Assembly: GCA_964631685.1 (NCBI GenBank)
Contig: CAZVZU010000002.1
Location: forward strand, 1-64,000
DNA from: an uncultured Actinomycetes bacterium
GTDB taxonomy: Bacteria; SZUA-79; Acidulodesulfobacterales; Acidulodesulfobacteraceae
Length of the DNA: 64,000 nucleotides
Direction: 5' to 3'
The stretch's first letter is position 1; every line of letters starts with the position of its first letter. Of the stretch, positions 29,661 through 39,742 are shown piece after piece. The notes beneath the pieces were generated by a model. The model was not told the origin of the DNA and ran no database searches. It worked only from the letters and a program-made list of their open reading frames with translations. The position numbers and the translations under genes were made by a program.

Positions 29661-30878
29661 ATGATCAACTTTGATGAAGCATTAAAGATATTAGATTCTA
29701 TTAAACTTAAGGTGCAGCCCGAAAGTGTCCCTGTATTGGATGCTTTGCACAGAATTACATACCACGACGAGTTGTCAAAATTGGATTTTCCAACTGAGGA
29801 TAATTCGGCAATGGACGGGTATGCATTGCAATCCTCCCACACTGGTAGCGCGTCCTCGAAAAACTTAAAATTGGAAATAGAAAAAGACACTGTATACGCC
29901 GGGGATGGTTCGAAAAAATATATACAGCCGAATAGGGCTGTGAAGATAATGACCGGCGGATACCTGCCTGACAATTTAGATGCAGTTATCCCCTTTGAAG
30001 ATGCAAGGGTTGCCGATGGAAATCTCATTGTAACATCTCCCGTTATGGCCAATAAAAATGTGAGAAAAAAAGGAGAAGATATAAACAATGGAGATAAGAT
30101 TTTAGATAAAAACAGGATTCTAACGGCGGAATCTATAGCATTATTAATATCCTGCAACATTAAAAAGGTCGAGGTATATGAAAATATACCTATTTCTATA
30201 ATATCTACCGGCAACGAAATATTAAACGCGAATCAAAGATATCAATACGGCAAGGTATTTAACTCAAACGGCATATTGGCAGAACTCTTGCTGTCACAAA
30301 GCGGTTGTAAGATAATAAAAAATACGATTTGCAAAGATAATTTATCAATTATTAAAAAAACAATAAAATCCGCTTTAAAAAACAGTAAGATTATTATAAC
30401 GTCTGCGGGGGCATCATTCGGTGAAAAAGACTTTACTGAACAAGCACTTGTAGATCTAGGACTTAAAATAAAATTTCGGCAGGTCGCTATCAAACCCGCA
30501 AAACCTTTCTCGTTTGGGGTTATTAACGATATCCCTGTATTTATGATCCCGGGAAATCCTATAGCATTTTTTACCTGTTTAATTGTATTTTTAAAACCTT
30601 TTCTCGAAAACCGGCTCGGCATAAACCCCAATAAACGAATCATAAAATCTATATCTTCGTTTAAATATACCAAAAAACATAAAAGAAGAGAGTTTATCCC
30701 TGCATACACATATAGCAAGGAAGGATGCTTTTATTCCGAAGCGTACAAAAGATTTGGACCGGCTATGATTAGCGCCCTTGGCCATATAAATTCCCTCGTG
30801 TCAGTACCGGAAAATACTCCAGAAATAGGTATTGGCGACTACATAGAAGTTCATTTTATCCATCCCTACGCGTTTTAA
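29661..30878 (+). CDS. moeA: Molybdopterin molybdenumtransferase
   Basis: SAMDGYA, IMTGG, STGNE, IKPAKP, PGNP. Confidence 0.92.
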   Translation: MINFDEALKILDSIKLKVQPESVPVLDALHRITYHDELSKLDFPTEDNSAMDGYALQSSHTGSASSKNLKLEIEKDTVYAGDGSKKYIQPNRAVKIMTGGYLPDNLDAVIPFEDARVADGNLIVTSPVMANKNVRKKGEDINNGDKILDKNRILTAESIALLISCNIKKVEVYENIPISIISTGNEILNANQRYQYGKVFNSNGILAELLLSQSGCKIIKNTICKDNLSIIKKTIKSALKNSKIIITSAGASFGEKDFTEQALVDLGLKIKFRQVAIKPAKPFSFGVINDIPVFMIPGNPIAFFTCLIVFLKPFLENRLGINPNKRIIKSISSFKYTKKHKRREFIPAYTYSKEGCFYSEAYKRFGPAMISALGHINSLVSVPENTPEIGIGDYIEVHFIHPYAF

Positions 30879-30911
30879 GCTGAGGCGACAATTTTAACTA
30901 AAACAGAGTAT

Positions 30912-32360
30912 ATGCAAAAGAATAAAATATTAATCGTTGATGATGAAGAAAGTTTAGTATATGTATTGACGAAACTTTTGGAAGATGAATTTATGGTAGA
31001 CACGGCAGTAGACGGAGAACAGGCTATATCATGTATACGACAAAATGAATACTTCGCCGTATTTTTAGACATTAGGATCCCAAAAATAAACGGCATGGAG
31101 GTTTTATCGTATACGAAGAAATTGCCTCATATGCCTAATGTTATAATAATGACCGCCCAAAATACAATGATAAATGCCATAGACGCAATGAAAAAGGGCG
31201 CATATGATTATATAGCCAAACCCTTTGAGTTAGATGAAATTGTCGGCATAATCGATAAAATTAGAAGGGACGAGCGCTCAAAAACAGAAAAAACTTTCAA
31301 GCATGATGACTTTCTCGATACTTTATTGGTCGGTAAATCAAAGACTATGCAAGAAGTATTTAAGACGATAGGTAAATTATCACACAATAATCTTACCGTA
31401 TTAATTCTTGGGGAATCCGGCACAGGCAAGGAATTAGTTGCAAGAGCCATACATTCAAACAGCATAAGAAGCGATAAACCGTTCATTGTGGTGAATACGC
31501 CGTCTGTCCCTTCCGAGCTACTTGAATCGGAACTTTTCGGACATGAAAAGGGATCGTACACCGGCGCAAACGAGAGAAGGGAGGGCAAATTCATTCAAGC
31601 AAACGGTGGCACTATATTTCTTGACGAAATAGGTGATATGTCACTGAGTTTACAAGCGAAACTCTTAAGAGTACTGCAAGAAAGAGAGGTTGAACGAATA
31701 GGTTCAAGCAAACCGGTAAAAATAGACGTAAGGATCATTGCCGCCACAAATAAAAATCTCAAGACGATGGTCAAAGAATCAAGGTTCAGGGAAGACTTAT
31801 ACTATAGGTTAAATGTTATTGAGATTACATTGCCGCCGTTGCGCGAAAGAAGAACGGATATCCCTATTCTTGCGAATTTTTTTATTAAAAAATTCGCAGA
31901 TGAATCCGCAATGCCGGAGAAACAATTAAACGAAGATGCAATGGCGTATCTCCAATCTTATAATTTTCCCGGAAACATAAGAGAACTTGAAAATTATATA
32001 AGAAGGGCAACAGTTATGTCACCGGCTTCCATATTGACACCGGAAAACTTTAAGGAGATAATTGATGCAGAATCTTTGATGAATTCCAGAAAATTTTCAA
32101 GGGATAAGATAAACAGCAGTGTGTCTTTTGAAAACATTATTAGACAACGTGTCAAAATATATATAGAAAAAGTTAAGAATGCCAACCTAAATGATGTTTA
32201 TAAAACAATCATAGGAACAACCGAGAAAGCGGTCATAGAAGAGATACTTAGCATATGTAATTACAATCAGATAAAAGCCTCCCGACTGTTAGGAATAAAC
32301 AGGAACACCCTACGAAAAAAAATCAAAATACATAAGATAAGTTTAAAAAATCATGAATAA
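30912..32360 (+). CDS. Sigma54-dependent response regulator (NtrC family)
   Basis: Receiver domain, GESGTGKE, ESELFGHEKGSYTGA (GAFTGA variant), FREDLYYRL, Fis HTH LGINRNTL. Confidence 0.9.
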   Translation: MQKNKILIVDDEESLVYVLTKLLEDEFMVDTAVDGEQAISCIRQNEYFAVFLDIRIPKINGMEVLSYTKKLPHMPNVIIMTAQNTMINAIDAMKKGAYDYIAKPFELDEIVGIIDKIRRDERSKTEKTFKHDDFLDTLLVGKSKTMQEVFKTIGKLSHNNLTVLILGESGTGKELVARAIHSNSIRSDKPFIVVNTPSVPSELLESELFGHEKGSYTGANERREGKFIQANGGTIFLDEIGDMSLSLQAKLLRVLQEREVERIGSSKPVKIDVRIIAATNKNLKTMVKESRFREDLYYRLNVIEITLPPLRERRTDIPILANFFIKKFADESAMPEKQLNEDAMAYLQSYNFPGNIRELENYIRRATVMSPASILTPENFKEIIDAESLMNSRKFSRDKINSSVSFENIIRQRVKIYIEKVKNANLNDVYKTIIGTTEKAVIEEILSICNYNQIKASRLLGINRNTLRKKIKIHKISLKNHE

Positions 32361-32404
32361 ACGCGACCGTATAGTTTACCATAGTAATCTTCCCCTATAG
32401 AACT

Positions 32405-33334
32405 TCATCCTTCGTAGGGATTTATGTGGACCATAACCTCGTTTATATATAAATTTGAATTTATTAGATCGTGTTTAACGGTTTCTGCGATATTGTGCGA
32501 GATCTTTACAGTCATATATTGATTTATCTCTATTTCAACATCTACGTAAAGATATGGCCCAGATTTCCTAACTTTCAAGCTTGTGACCTTTTCTATCCCT
32601 GACACGGTTAGTACTATTTTTTTTATCTTATCTATAACAAAGGTTGGTGGACTCTCGTCCATGAGATTTCCGATGGATTCTTTTATTAGCTTTACAGCGA
32701 GACGAAAAATAAAAAAACTAACGACTATCCCCGCAATAGGGTCCATATAATAGTAACCTTTTATCGCAGACAAGATACCTATTACGACTGCAACGGACGC
32801 AAAAACATCGCTCCTATGGTCATAAGCCGTGGCGACTAAACCTGCAGATCTTAAAAGCTTTCCCCATTTCAAAGTCCACTTGTAAAGGACTTCTTTTATA
32901 ACTATAGTGGACAACGCAACTATCAGCGTATCAATGGCAGGCTTCTCATATTGATGATAATATAGCCTCAAAGACGAATCGGCCACAATTGAAAACCCAA
33001 AAAGAAACAAGGTCAATGCGATAATAAATGTTGCAATCATTTCGGCTTTCGCGTGACCGTACGGATGCTCTCTATCCCTGGGCTTATTAGATATTTTGAA
33101 CGATATATAGACAATAAAACCTGCAAATATATCAGAAAGAGAATTGAAACCATCGGCAACAAGGGCAGAAGAATTGCCCACAATTCCGACGTAAAACTTA
33201 GCTATCGTCAAAATTAGGTTTATAGATATACCTATGTAAGATATATATCTTAATTTATTAAATATGTTTTCTCGGCTAATAGACAATTTCAACTTTGTAC
33301 CAGCAAATAATATATTTTTATTATTATACTTCAA
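32405..33334 (-). CDS. Cation diffusion facilitator (FieF-like)
   Basis: SSALVADGFNSLSD, HPYGH.KAE, HRSD, VMVHINP. Confidence 0.9.
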   Translation of the reverse strand: MKYNNKNILFAGTKLKLSISRENIFNKLRYISYIGISINLILTIAKFYVGIVGNSSALVADGFNSLSDIFAGFIVYISFKISNKPRDREHPYGHAKAEMIATFIIALTLFLFGFSIVADSSLRLYYHQYEKPAIDTLIVALSTIVIKEVLYKWTLKWGKLLRSAGLVATAYDHRSDVFASVAVVIGILSAIKGYYYMDPIAGIVVSFFIFRLAVKLIKESIGNLMDESPPTFVIDKIKKIVLTVSGIEKVTSLKVRKSGPYLYVDVEIEINQYMTVKISHNIAETVKHDLINSNLYINEVMVHINPYEG

Positions 33335-33376
33335 AACGATATTATTGAACTATGTGCATTGGAAATAAACATTGAA

Positions 33377-34027
33377 TCAGCGGACTTTGTTGGCGTCATT
33401 CGTCAACAACGCTATGGCAGCAGGATAGATTACATGCTCAACCTCATGTATTTTTGTCTCTAAAGACTCGATATCGTCCCATTTCTCGATTTTAACAGCC
33501 TCTTGTAATATTATAGGTCCGGAATCAACCTCTTCCGTCACATAATGCACGGTCACCCCTGTATATTTTACGCCATAATTATAAGCCCTTCTTATTGCAT
33601 CCCTGCCCTTGAAGGACGGAAGCAAGGATGGATGTATATTAATTATCCGATGCGGAAACTTTGACACGAATTCTTTAGAGAGTATCATCATAAAACCTGC
33701 AAAGATGATAAATTCAGCATTATAATCTGCTACAATCCTTTCCAATTCACTCTCAAACATCCCTCTTTCCGACGAACTGCTGAACGGTATAACAAAAATC
33801 GGGATTAAGGGTGCTACTTTTTTTACTTTTCCTATCACAGGGGCAGTAGCTATGTTTGATATAACCGCAACTATATTAATATTACCGGACTTATCCTTAA
33901 TAGCTTTATTAGATGTAAAATAATTAATTATATTTAAAGCGTTAGATCCGTTACCGGAAGCTAAAATAATACAATTTTTATCATTTTGAATAGTAATTTT
34001 ATTTGAGACCATTGATTCACACAACAA
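33377..34027 (-). CDS. purN: Phosphoribosylglycinamide formyltransferase
   Basis: SGNGSN, INIHPSLLP, GVTVHYV, DSGPII. Confidence 0.95.
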   Translation of the reverse strand: MLCESMVSNKITIQNDKNCIILASGNGSNALNIINYFTSNKAIKDKSGNINIVAVISNIATAPVIGKVKKVAPLIPIFVIPFSSSSERGMFESELERIVADYNAEFIIFAGFMMILSKEFVSKFPHRIINIHPSLLPSFKGRDAIRRAYNYGVKYTGVTVHYVTEEVDSGPIILQEAVKIEKWDDIESLETKIHEVEHVIYPAAIALLTNDANKVR

Positions 34028-34078
34028 TTTTAAAACAATCCGGTAGTTTACGGTTATTGGTTAATAATTAATTGTCAA

Positions 34079-35134
34079 TTAATATAATATAACATTCCTT
34101 GCTAATTTTTCGCTAAATACAGTTTTTCCTATCTCGTAAGCCTCGAACTGCTTCGAGTTGCAATAGGTTAAATTACTAATAAAAGAAATTACCTCGTTCG
34201 AAATATCCTTGTCCACCGCTATAGCTAACCCTATACCTGCATTAAATACTTTATAAAATTCATCATCTTCCAAACCGCCTTGATCTTTTAATATGCGAAA
34301 AACATCCGGCATTATCCATGAATGCTTATCTATTTTAGCTATGATATTATCGGGTAAAATTCTAACCAGATTTTCCGGCAATCCACCACCTGTTATATGA
34401 GCAACACCCTTTATCTTAAAATTCTTCTTGAGGCTCTGTATAAGCTCCGAGTAAATAATAGTAGGTTCTAGAAGGACTTCTTTGACGGTCCGGTCCGTGG
34501 ACGGCAGAGTATCATTTATGCTTAACCCTGCCATATCAAATATGATTTTACGCGCTAAAGAATACCCGTTAGAATGCAGACCGCTGGATGCAACGCCTAT
34601 TATTTTATCATTTTCTTTAATATCTAAACCACTAATAATCTCATCCCTTTCAACTATACCCACAACAAAACCGGCTAAATCATATTCGTTTCCCTTATAA
34701 AAAGAGGGCATTTCAGCCATCTCTCCACCCAAAAGCGAACACCTCGCTAATTTGCACCCTTCAACCATTCCCGACACAATGTCTTTGATAATGTCTGGTT
34801 TTAAATTTGAAGTAGATATGTAATCGAGAAAAAAAAGTGGTTTGGCACCTAAGCATGCAATATCATTTACGCTCATCGCAACAAGGTCAATACCAATGGT
34901 GTTGTGTTTATTTGCGTCAAAAGCTACTTTAAGTTTCGTTCCTACTCCATCTGTTCCTGAAACCAAAACCGGATTTCTAAAATTAAGTTCGCCGATAGAA
35001 AATAGCGAGCCAAATGATCCGAGACCACCTATTACCTCTTTACTATAAGTACTTTTCACCATAGGAGAAATATCAAGAACTGCTTTTTTCCCCGCCTCTA
35101 TATCAACTCCCGCTTTTTTATAATTCATGGGCAA
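34079..35134 (-). CDS. purM: Phosphoribosylformylglycinamidine cyclo-ligase
   Basis: YKKAGVD, DGVGTK, SSGLHSNGYSL, HITGGG. Confidence 0.97.
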   Translation of the reverse strand: MPMNYKKAGVDIEAGKKAVLDISPMVKSTYSKEVIGGLGSFGSLFSIGELNFRNPVLVSGTDGVGTKLKVAFDANKHNTIGIDLVAMSVNDIACLGAKPLFFLDYISTSNLKPDIIKDIVSGMVEGCKLARCSLLGGEMAEMPSFYKGNEYDLAGFVVGIVERDEIISGLDIKENDKIIGVASSGLHSNGYSLARKIIFDMAGLSINDTLPSTDRTVKEVLLEPTIIYSELIQSLKKNFKIKGVAHITGGGLPENLVRILPDNIIAKIDKHSWIMPDVFRILKDQGGLEDDEFYKVFNAGIGLAIAVDKDISNEVISFISNLTYCNSKQFEAYEIGKTVFSEKLARNVILY

Positions 35135-35268
35135 TCATTGTACATTTTTTTTAAAAACTTGTAAAGCAGATTGGTTTCTAACGCTTCTTGAAGAAAGTAT
35201 TTATTTATATTGAATTTTATAATATTTTATATTATTATTGTTAATATTTTATTTTATTGGGTTTAGCT

Positions 35269-35862
35269 ATGGCGGATAATAATAATGTAAAAAATGAAAT
35301 AATAAACGAAAGCTATCTCCTTATGTTAAACAAAGGTTACAAAGGTGCTACTATAAGCGATATCCTAAATAGAGTCAATATATCCAAGGGTTCTTTCTAT
35401 TATTATTTTGCTTCAAAAAGAGATGTTGCAAATCTCGTTATAGACGAAAGGATAAAAAAAGAATTTGTTGATATATGGCACGATGTTCACAAGGGCGATA
35501 ATCCAATTAAAAATATAATAAAAAAAATTAACCGTTCATACAATGAAAATAGTGATCACTACCTATCCACAGGATGCCCTTTGGGCAATCTGATTTTAGA
35601 ACTCTCCTCCGTAGATACTGGATTTTCCAAAAAAATCAATTCTATTCTCAAAATGTGGTCGGATTATATCAAGAAAGCGTTAGATAGGTCAATGGAACTT
35701 GGGATTATAAACAAAAAATTTAGCTCAAAAAAAGTAGCTGATTTTTTGGTTGCTTCGATAGAAGGATGTATTTTAATATCAAAATCTTATCACGATAAAA
35801 AAACATTAAGAAATTGCTTCGATTCTGTGATAGGCTACTTAGAATTGATTTCCGAAAACTAA
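35269..35862 (+). CDS. TetR family regulator (NemR/LmrA-like)
   Basis: HTH KGSFYYYFASK; C-domain GCPLGNLILELS; ATG start at 35269. Confidence 0.88.
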   Translation: MADNNNVKNEIINESYLLMLNKGYKGATISDILNRVNISKGSFYYYFASKRDVANLVIDERIKKEFVDIWHDVHKGDNPIKNIIKKINRSYNENSDHYLSTGCPLGNLILELSSVDTGFSKKINSILKMWSDYIKKALDRSMELGIINKKFSSKKVADFLVASIEGCILISKSYHDKKTLRNCFDSVIGYLELISEN

Positions 35863-35877
35863 TTCCTTTACTTTATT

Positions 35878-37218
35878 ATGTGTAAAGAAAAATATATATA
35901 CCTGACAATAGGCTTGTCTTTGGTTGCGCTTGTTTCTCTTTTCGTTCTGACCGCCTGCACTAAAACCACGACACATCCTAAGAAAACTAATGCAAAATAT
36001 ATACATCTAAAAAATCTTTCCGGAAATAAAGATCTACAAAAATTTTCAAATGTATACTGGGAAACTCCCATGAATGAGGGTATCCATTCCTATAATCGGA
36101 CAAAACTTCAAGGGATTACATCATCTTCTTCCTGCATGTTATGTCATTACAAACAGTATGAGAGATGGAAAAAATCAAGAATGGCACACTCGATGGATGC
36201 AGGGGTGGTTGGGCAACTTTTATTAAAAAAGATGACATCAAAACACTGGAAAACTTGGGTTAACAGTTGCTTAAGCTGTCATTCACCGTTTGCCGAATAT
36301 TACGTAAAAAATAATAGTCAATATAATGGATTAAATAAAAAAGAAAAGAACATTCTAAAAAACGGTACAAAAGCGGGAAAGGCGCTGGTTATAGCACTAA
36401 ATGCATTAAACATACCGATGAAAAACGGCGCATCCAGTGTGGGTTGCTCCACCTGTCACGTCAGATACTTCCATAAATTTGGTCCACCGCTTAAAAAATA
36501 CAGGAAGCAGAGCAATATGGCACATATCGGCTTTGTTCCCACCAAGGCTTTTTTAAATTCTTATTTTTGTATAACATGTCATGAACTCCCTCGCAATAAT
36601 AGAAGACTAAATGGTAAATTGTTCGAAAATACTTATGGCGAATGGAAAAAAAGTACTTACTCAAAAAAGGATGTCTCTTGCGAAACGTGCCATACCCCAC
36701 GAGGGCAAATGACTTTTAAAAGTATTTATAATAAAAATTTTGTGTTAAAAGCCTTAACGATCCGCCTTAAAAAAATTAAAATTTATAATGGTAGGATTAA
36801 TACAACCTTAAGCGTAACAAATTCCGGAGTCGGGCATAATTTCCCTACATATACAACACCTAAGGTTATTTTAAGTATAGCTCAGGAAAAAGCCGGCGGA
36901 AACATCATCGATAAATCGACCAAACATTATACAATAGGTTGGAGTGTAAGCTTGAATTTAAAAAAACAATATTTCGACACACGGTTAAAACCATTTCAAA
37001 CCGCAAAACTGAATTATAATTATCCGCTGTTTCACAACGCAAAATATATAAAAGCATGGATTACCGTCAAACCTGAATCTCATTATGCTAAATTCTTCGA
37101 GGCATATTTAAAGATCAAACAATTACCGAAAATTATAAGGATTCTTTTTTTAAAGGCACTAAAGGAAGATAAGAATAGCCAATATCTGCTCTGGAAACAG
37201 CAAGTTAACATGCACTGA
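35878..37218 (+). CDS. Pentaheme c-type cytochrome, probable lipoprotein
   Basis: Lipobox LTAC; CxxCH x5 (CMLCH, CLSCH, CSTCH, CITCH, CETCH). Confidence 0.85.
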   Translation: MCKEKYIYLTIGLSLVALVSLFVLTACTKTTTHPKKTNAKYIHLKNLSGNKDLQKFSNVYWETPMNEGIHSYNRTKLQGITSSSSCMLCHYKQYERWKKSRMAHSMDAGVVGQLLLKKMTSKHWKTWVNSCLSCHSPFAEYYVKNNSQYNGLNKKEKNILKNGTKAGKALVIALNALNIPMKNGASSVGCSTCHVRYFHKFGPPLKKYRKQSNMAHIGFVPTKAFLNSYFCITCHELPRNNRRLNGKLFENTYGEWKKSTYSKKDVSCETCHTPRGQMTFKSIYNKNFVLKALTIRLKKIKIYNGRINTTLSVTNSGVGHNFPTYTTPKVILSIAQEKAGGNIIDKSTKHYTIGWSVSLNLKKQYFDTRLKPFQTAKLNYNYPLFHNAKYIKAWITVKPESHYAKFFEAYLKIKQLPKIIRILFLKALKEDKNSQYLLWKQQVNMH

Positions 37219-37232
37219 ACCCGTTGCAGACA

Positions 37233-37269
37233 AAAGAAAGAGTCGAATTTTAGATTCGACTCTTTCTTT
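37233..37269. terminator. Bidirectional intrinsic terminator
   Basis: Perfect 16-bp inverted repeat AAAGAAAGAGTCGAAT/ATTCGACTCTTTCTTT between convergent genes. Confidence 0.85.
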
Positions 37270-37283
37270 AAATCGACAAGTAT

Positions 37284-38234
37284 TTATTTTTTATAGTTAT
37301 GAATATGTAAATCTACTATAGGAGCGTTGGGAATTCTTGAGTATTGCGTCCATGAACCATTGTAATCGGCAACGTTTTTTTTACCAATTACAAACTTGGC
37401 TACGAACCAATCAAGGCTTGCCCAATATCCCGTATTACAATATGTAATCATTGGTTTGCGTAAATTAACGCCTGCATGTATCATTATAATCCGTGCTTCT
37501 CTAGGTGTCACAAATTCGTAGTAACCCCTTCTGGAAATTTTTTCGAATTTTTTGAACGGAACATTAATAGCCCCCGGCACATGCCCGTGCTTTACGAACC
37601 TCTTGTCATGGTCCATTCCTTTATACCACGCTACCGGACGAGCATCAATTAAAACAGCGTCACGTGTTTCCAAATATTTCCATATCCTTTGATATGAGAC
37701 GCGTGAGCGTAAATTGATAGTAGCGATTTTAAAATTGCTTTCCATCGGACGAGAAGGTGTCGTCGTAACGGGTAATTTGTCATACATCCACGCTGCCAAT
37801 CCTCCGTTTAATATCGCCGTATTTCTTAATCCATAAAACCACGCCGTCCACAATGCCCTTGTTTCACTACTATAGCCCAACGGAAATTTAGACATACCAG
37901 CACCGGTAAAAATAATTATACTACGGTTGGTTATGCCAGCCCTCCGATAAATATTGGTGATTTTCTGCGGACTCGCAATATTGCCGAGAACGTTAATGCC
38001 GATATATTTCTGCATTATGGAAGGAAACGGTATGTCAACCGACCCGGGAATGTGTCCCGATGAATAGGCCCTTGGAACCCTTATGTCTACTATCACCACG
38101 TTCTTGTTACGCATATGGTTATAAACCCAGCGGGGCGAAACCAAATGGTTGTTAGGCACATTCAATGCGTAAACGCTACCAATTCCCAAAAACATCACCG
38201 CGAAGGCAATTATTAAAATTTTTAATTTTTTCAT
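37284..38234 (-). CDS. Exported tandem-domain rhodanese/sulfurtransferase
   Basis: Signal peptide; GHIPG, LNGG, DAR, GHVPGA, active loop YCNTGYWAS, YNGSW. Confidence 0.9.
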   Translation of the reverse strand: MKKLKILIIAFAVMFLGIGSVYALNVPNNHLVSPRWVYNHMRNKNVVIVDIRVPRAYSSGHIPGSVDIPFPSIMQKYIGINVLGNIASPQKITNIYRRAGITNRSIIIFTGAGMSKFPLGYSSETRALWTAWFYGLRNTAILNGGLAAWMYDKLPVTTTPSRPMESNFKIATINLRSRVSYQRIWKYLETRDAVLIDARPVAWYKGMDHDKRFVKHGHVPGAINVPFKKFEKISRRGYYEFVTPREARIIMIHAGVNLRKPMITYCNTGYWASLDWFVAKFVIGKKNVADYNGSWTQYSRIPNAPIVDLHIHNYKK

Positions 38235-38314
38235 GGCATTTTTTCTCCAAATTAAAGTTTAAGGTTAAATGCTAAACCGACACAAAACAATGTAACAATA
38301 TTTATTTTAAAAAT

Positions 38315-38515
38315 TTAAGCATCTTCTAAATCTTTAACTACGATAGGGACATCGCTCCATAAGATCTCATCTAAAATCATATTTACGTCACTATTTTTTT
38401 TAATTTCCCTGACTTCTACGCCTCTTTTTTTTAAATTTTCAGCGACCTTATGCATAATCCCATGTTTATTAATTTTAGAATCATTAACGTACAGAAATAA
38501 AATTTTTTTATTCAT
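38315..38515 (-). CDS. Small DsrH/TusB-like hypothetical protein
   Basis: 66 aa; ILDEILWSD.PI C-terminus; position after DsrE/DsrF-like genes. Confidence 0.45.
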   Translation of the reverse strand: MNKKILFLYVNDSKINKHGIMHKVAENLKKRGVEVREIKKNSDVNMILDEILWSDVPIVVKDLEDA

Positions 38516-38781
38516 AAAATGTACACCACATCCGCATTTTGTATTTCATCGGTTAAGTTATTTAAATCGGCATTATTATCGGGATCTATATATTGCAACG
38601 GAGTTTCGCCAAATTCCATGGCTTCAAGCTGAACGTCCACATCTTCGTTTCTCTCTAAATCGCCTATTACGACCACTCTCACCTGATCGTCTAATAATGT
38701 TAAACCGTTAGCCATCCTCAGCCCTTCATTCTTTTTAAACTGAGATATCACTAATATATGTTTTGGTTTTTCATTTTTCAT
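38512..38781 (-). CDS. DsrF/TusC-like protein
   Basis: EGLRMANGL, C-terminal ADVVYIL. Confidence 0.6.
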   Translation of the reverse strand: MKNEKPKHILVISQFKKNEGLRMANGLTLLDDQVRVVVIGDLERNEDVDVQLEAMEFGETPLQYIDPDNNADLNNLTDEIQNADVVYIL

Positions 38782-38822
38782 TATTTATCCTTATTAAAAT
38801 TATTACAGGGCTACAAGATAGA

Positions 38823-39161
38823 TTAAAATACAACCACTCGATCAGAACGTCTAACCAATTCGGCATCTTGATATTGCCCGCCTATTATTATCTTATCTTT
38901 AAATTTATGCTTAAATTTTTCCATGTTTTCAGTCTCCCCTAATCTATCAATAGAGTGTTCACAAACCGATACCGTGCAATAAATTTTATTAACTAAATCG
39001 GCAAAATTATCCAAGTTTAGTAGTAAAATACCCCTATCCGTCAGAAAACATTCAGTTTCGAACCCATTTGAAGATGCCGTTCTTAACAACCTCATTGCGT
39101 CATTCGTATATCTATCATCAGTCACCACAATGCCGATATGCATAAATACCCCCTTGCTCAT
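38823..39161 (-). CDS. DsrE family sulfur-carrier protein
   Basis: FLTDRG, VCEHS, GGQY, SDRVVVF. Confidence 0.75.
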   Translation of the reverse strand: MSKGVFMHIGIVVTDDRYTNDAMRLLRTASSNGFETECFLTDRGILLLNLDNFADLVNKIYCTVSVCEHSIDRLGETENMEKFKHKFKDKIIIGGQYQDAELVRRSDRVVVF

Positions 39162-39175
39162 TCTCTTGAAATATT

Positions 39176-39424
39176 TTATTTTACGATCTCAATTGTATAG
39201 ACACCCTTTTCCAACGCTGTATTTAGAATCGAATGATCCTCGTTGGCACAAAATTGGGATATGCTTTCATGGGAAGAAGGATTACTGACTATGATTTTTA
39301 CATGGTCACCCTTGCTTAACTTTTCTAAAACTTTTTTTGTATACATTTGAGGAACAGGACAAACATAGCCAGTAACATCCAACATATAGTTGTTATCGCT
39401 TATTTTTTCAAATTTTACCGCCAT
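39176..39424 (-). CDS. tusA: TusA sulfurtransferase
   Basis: LDVTGYVCPVP motif. Confidence 0.88.
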   Translation of the reverse strand: MAVKFEKISDNNYMLDVTGYVCPVPQMYTKKVLEKLSKGDHVKIIVSNPSSHESISQFCANEDHSILNTALEKGVYTIEIVK

Positions 39425-39460
39425 AATAATCTATAACCTCCTTATAATTTTTCATTACTT

Positions 39461-39718
39461 TTAGTTTTTGAGAACCTCATAGGTATATATCCCTTTCTCA
39501 TTTAAAACATCGACTAATTCACATTTCTCAATTTCACACATTCCCATAATACTAAAACACTCGTCACATGACGGACCCTTGGTTACTACCTTTAAATGAA
39601 ATCCTGTCTTGAGTTTGTCTAGCACTTTCTTAACATATACCTGCGTCCTTTTCTCGCTTAATTTTCTACAATCAAGCATATAAGTATTTTCTGATTGTTT
39701 CCATAGAATATCGCCCAT
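39461..39718 (-). CDS. TusA-like paralog lacking CPxP
   Basis: Aligns with the neighbouring TusA (YMLD..Q.Y.KKVL.KL..G.H.K, EKG.YT.E). Confidence 0.7.
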   Translation of the reverse strand: MGDILWKQSENTYMLDCRKLSEKRTQVYVKKVLDKLKTGFHLKVVTKGPSCDECFSIMGMCEIEKCELVDVLNEKGIYTYEVLKN

Positions 39719-39742
39719 AATTTATATCTCCTCCTTACAAGA

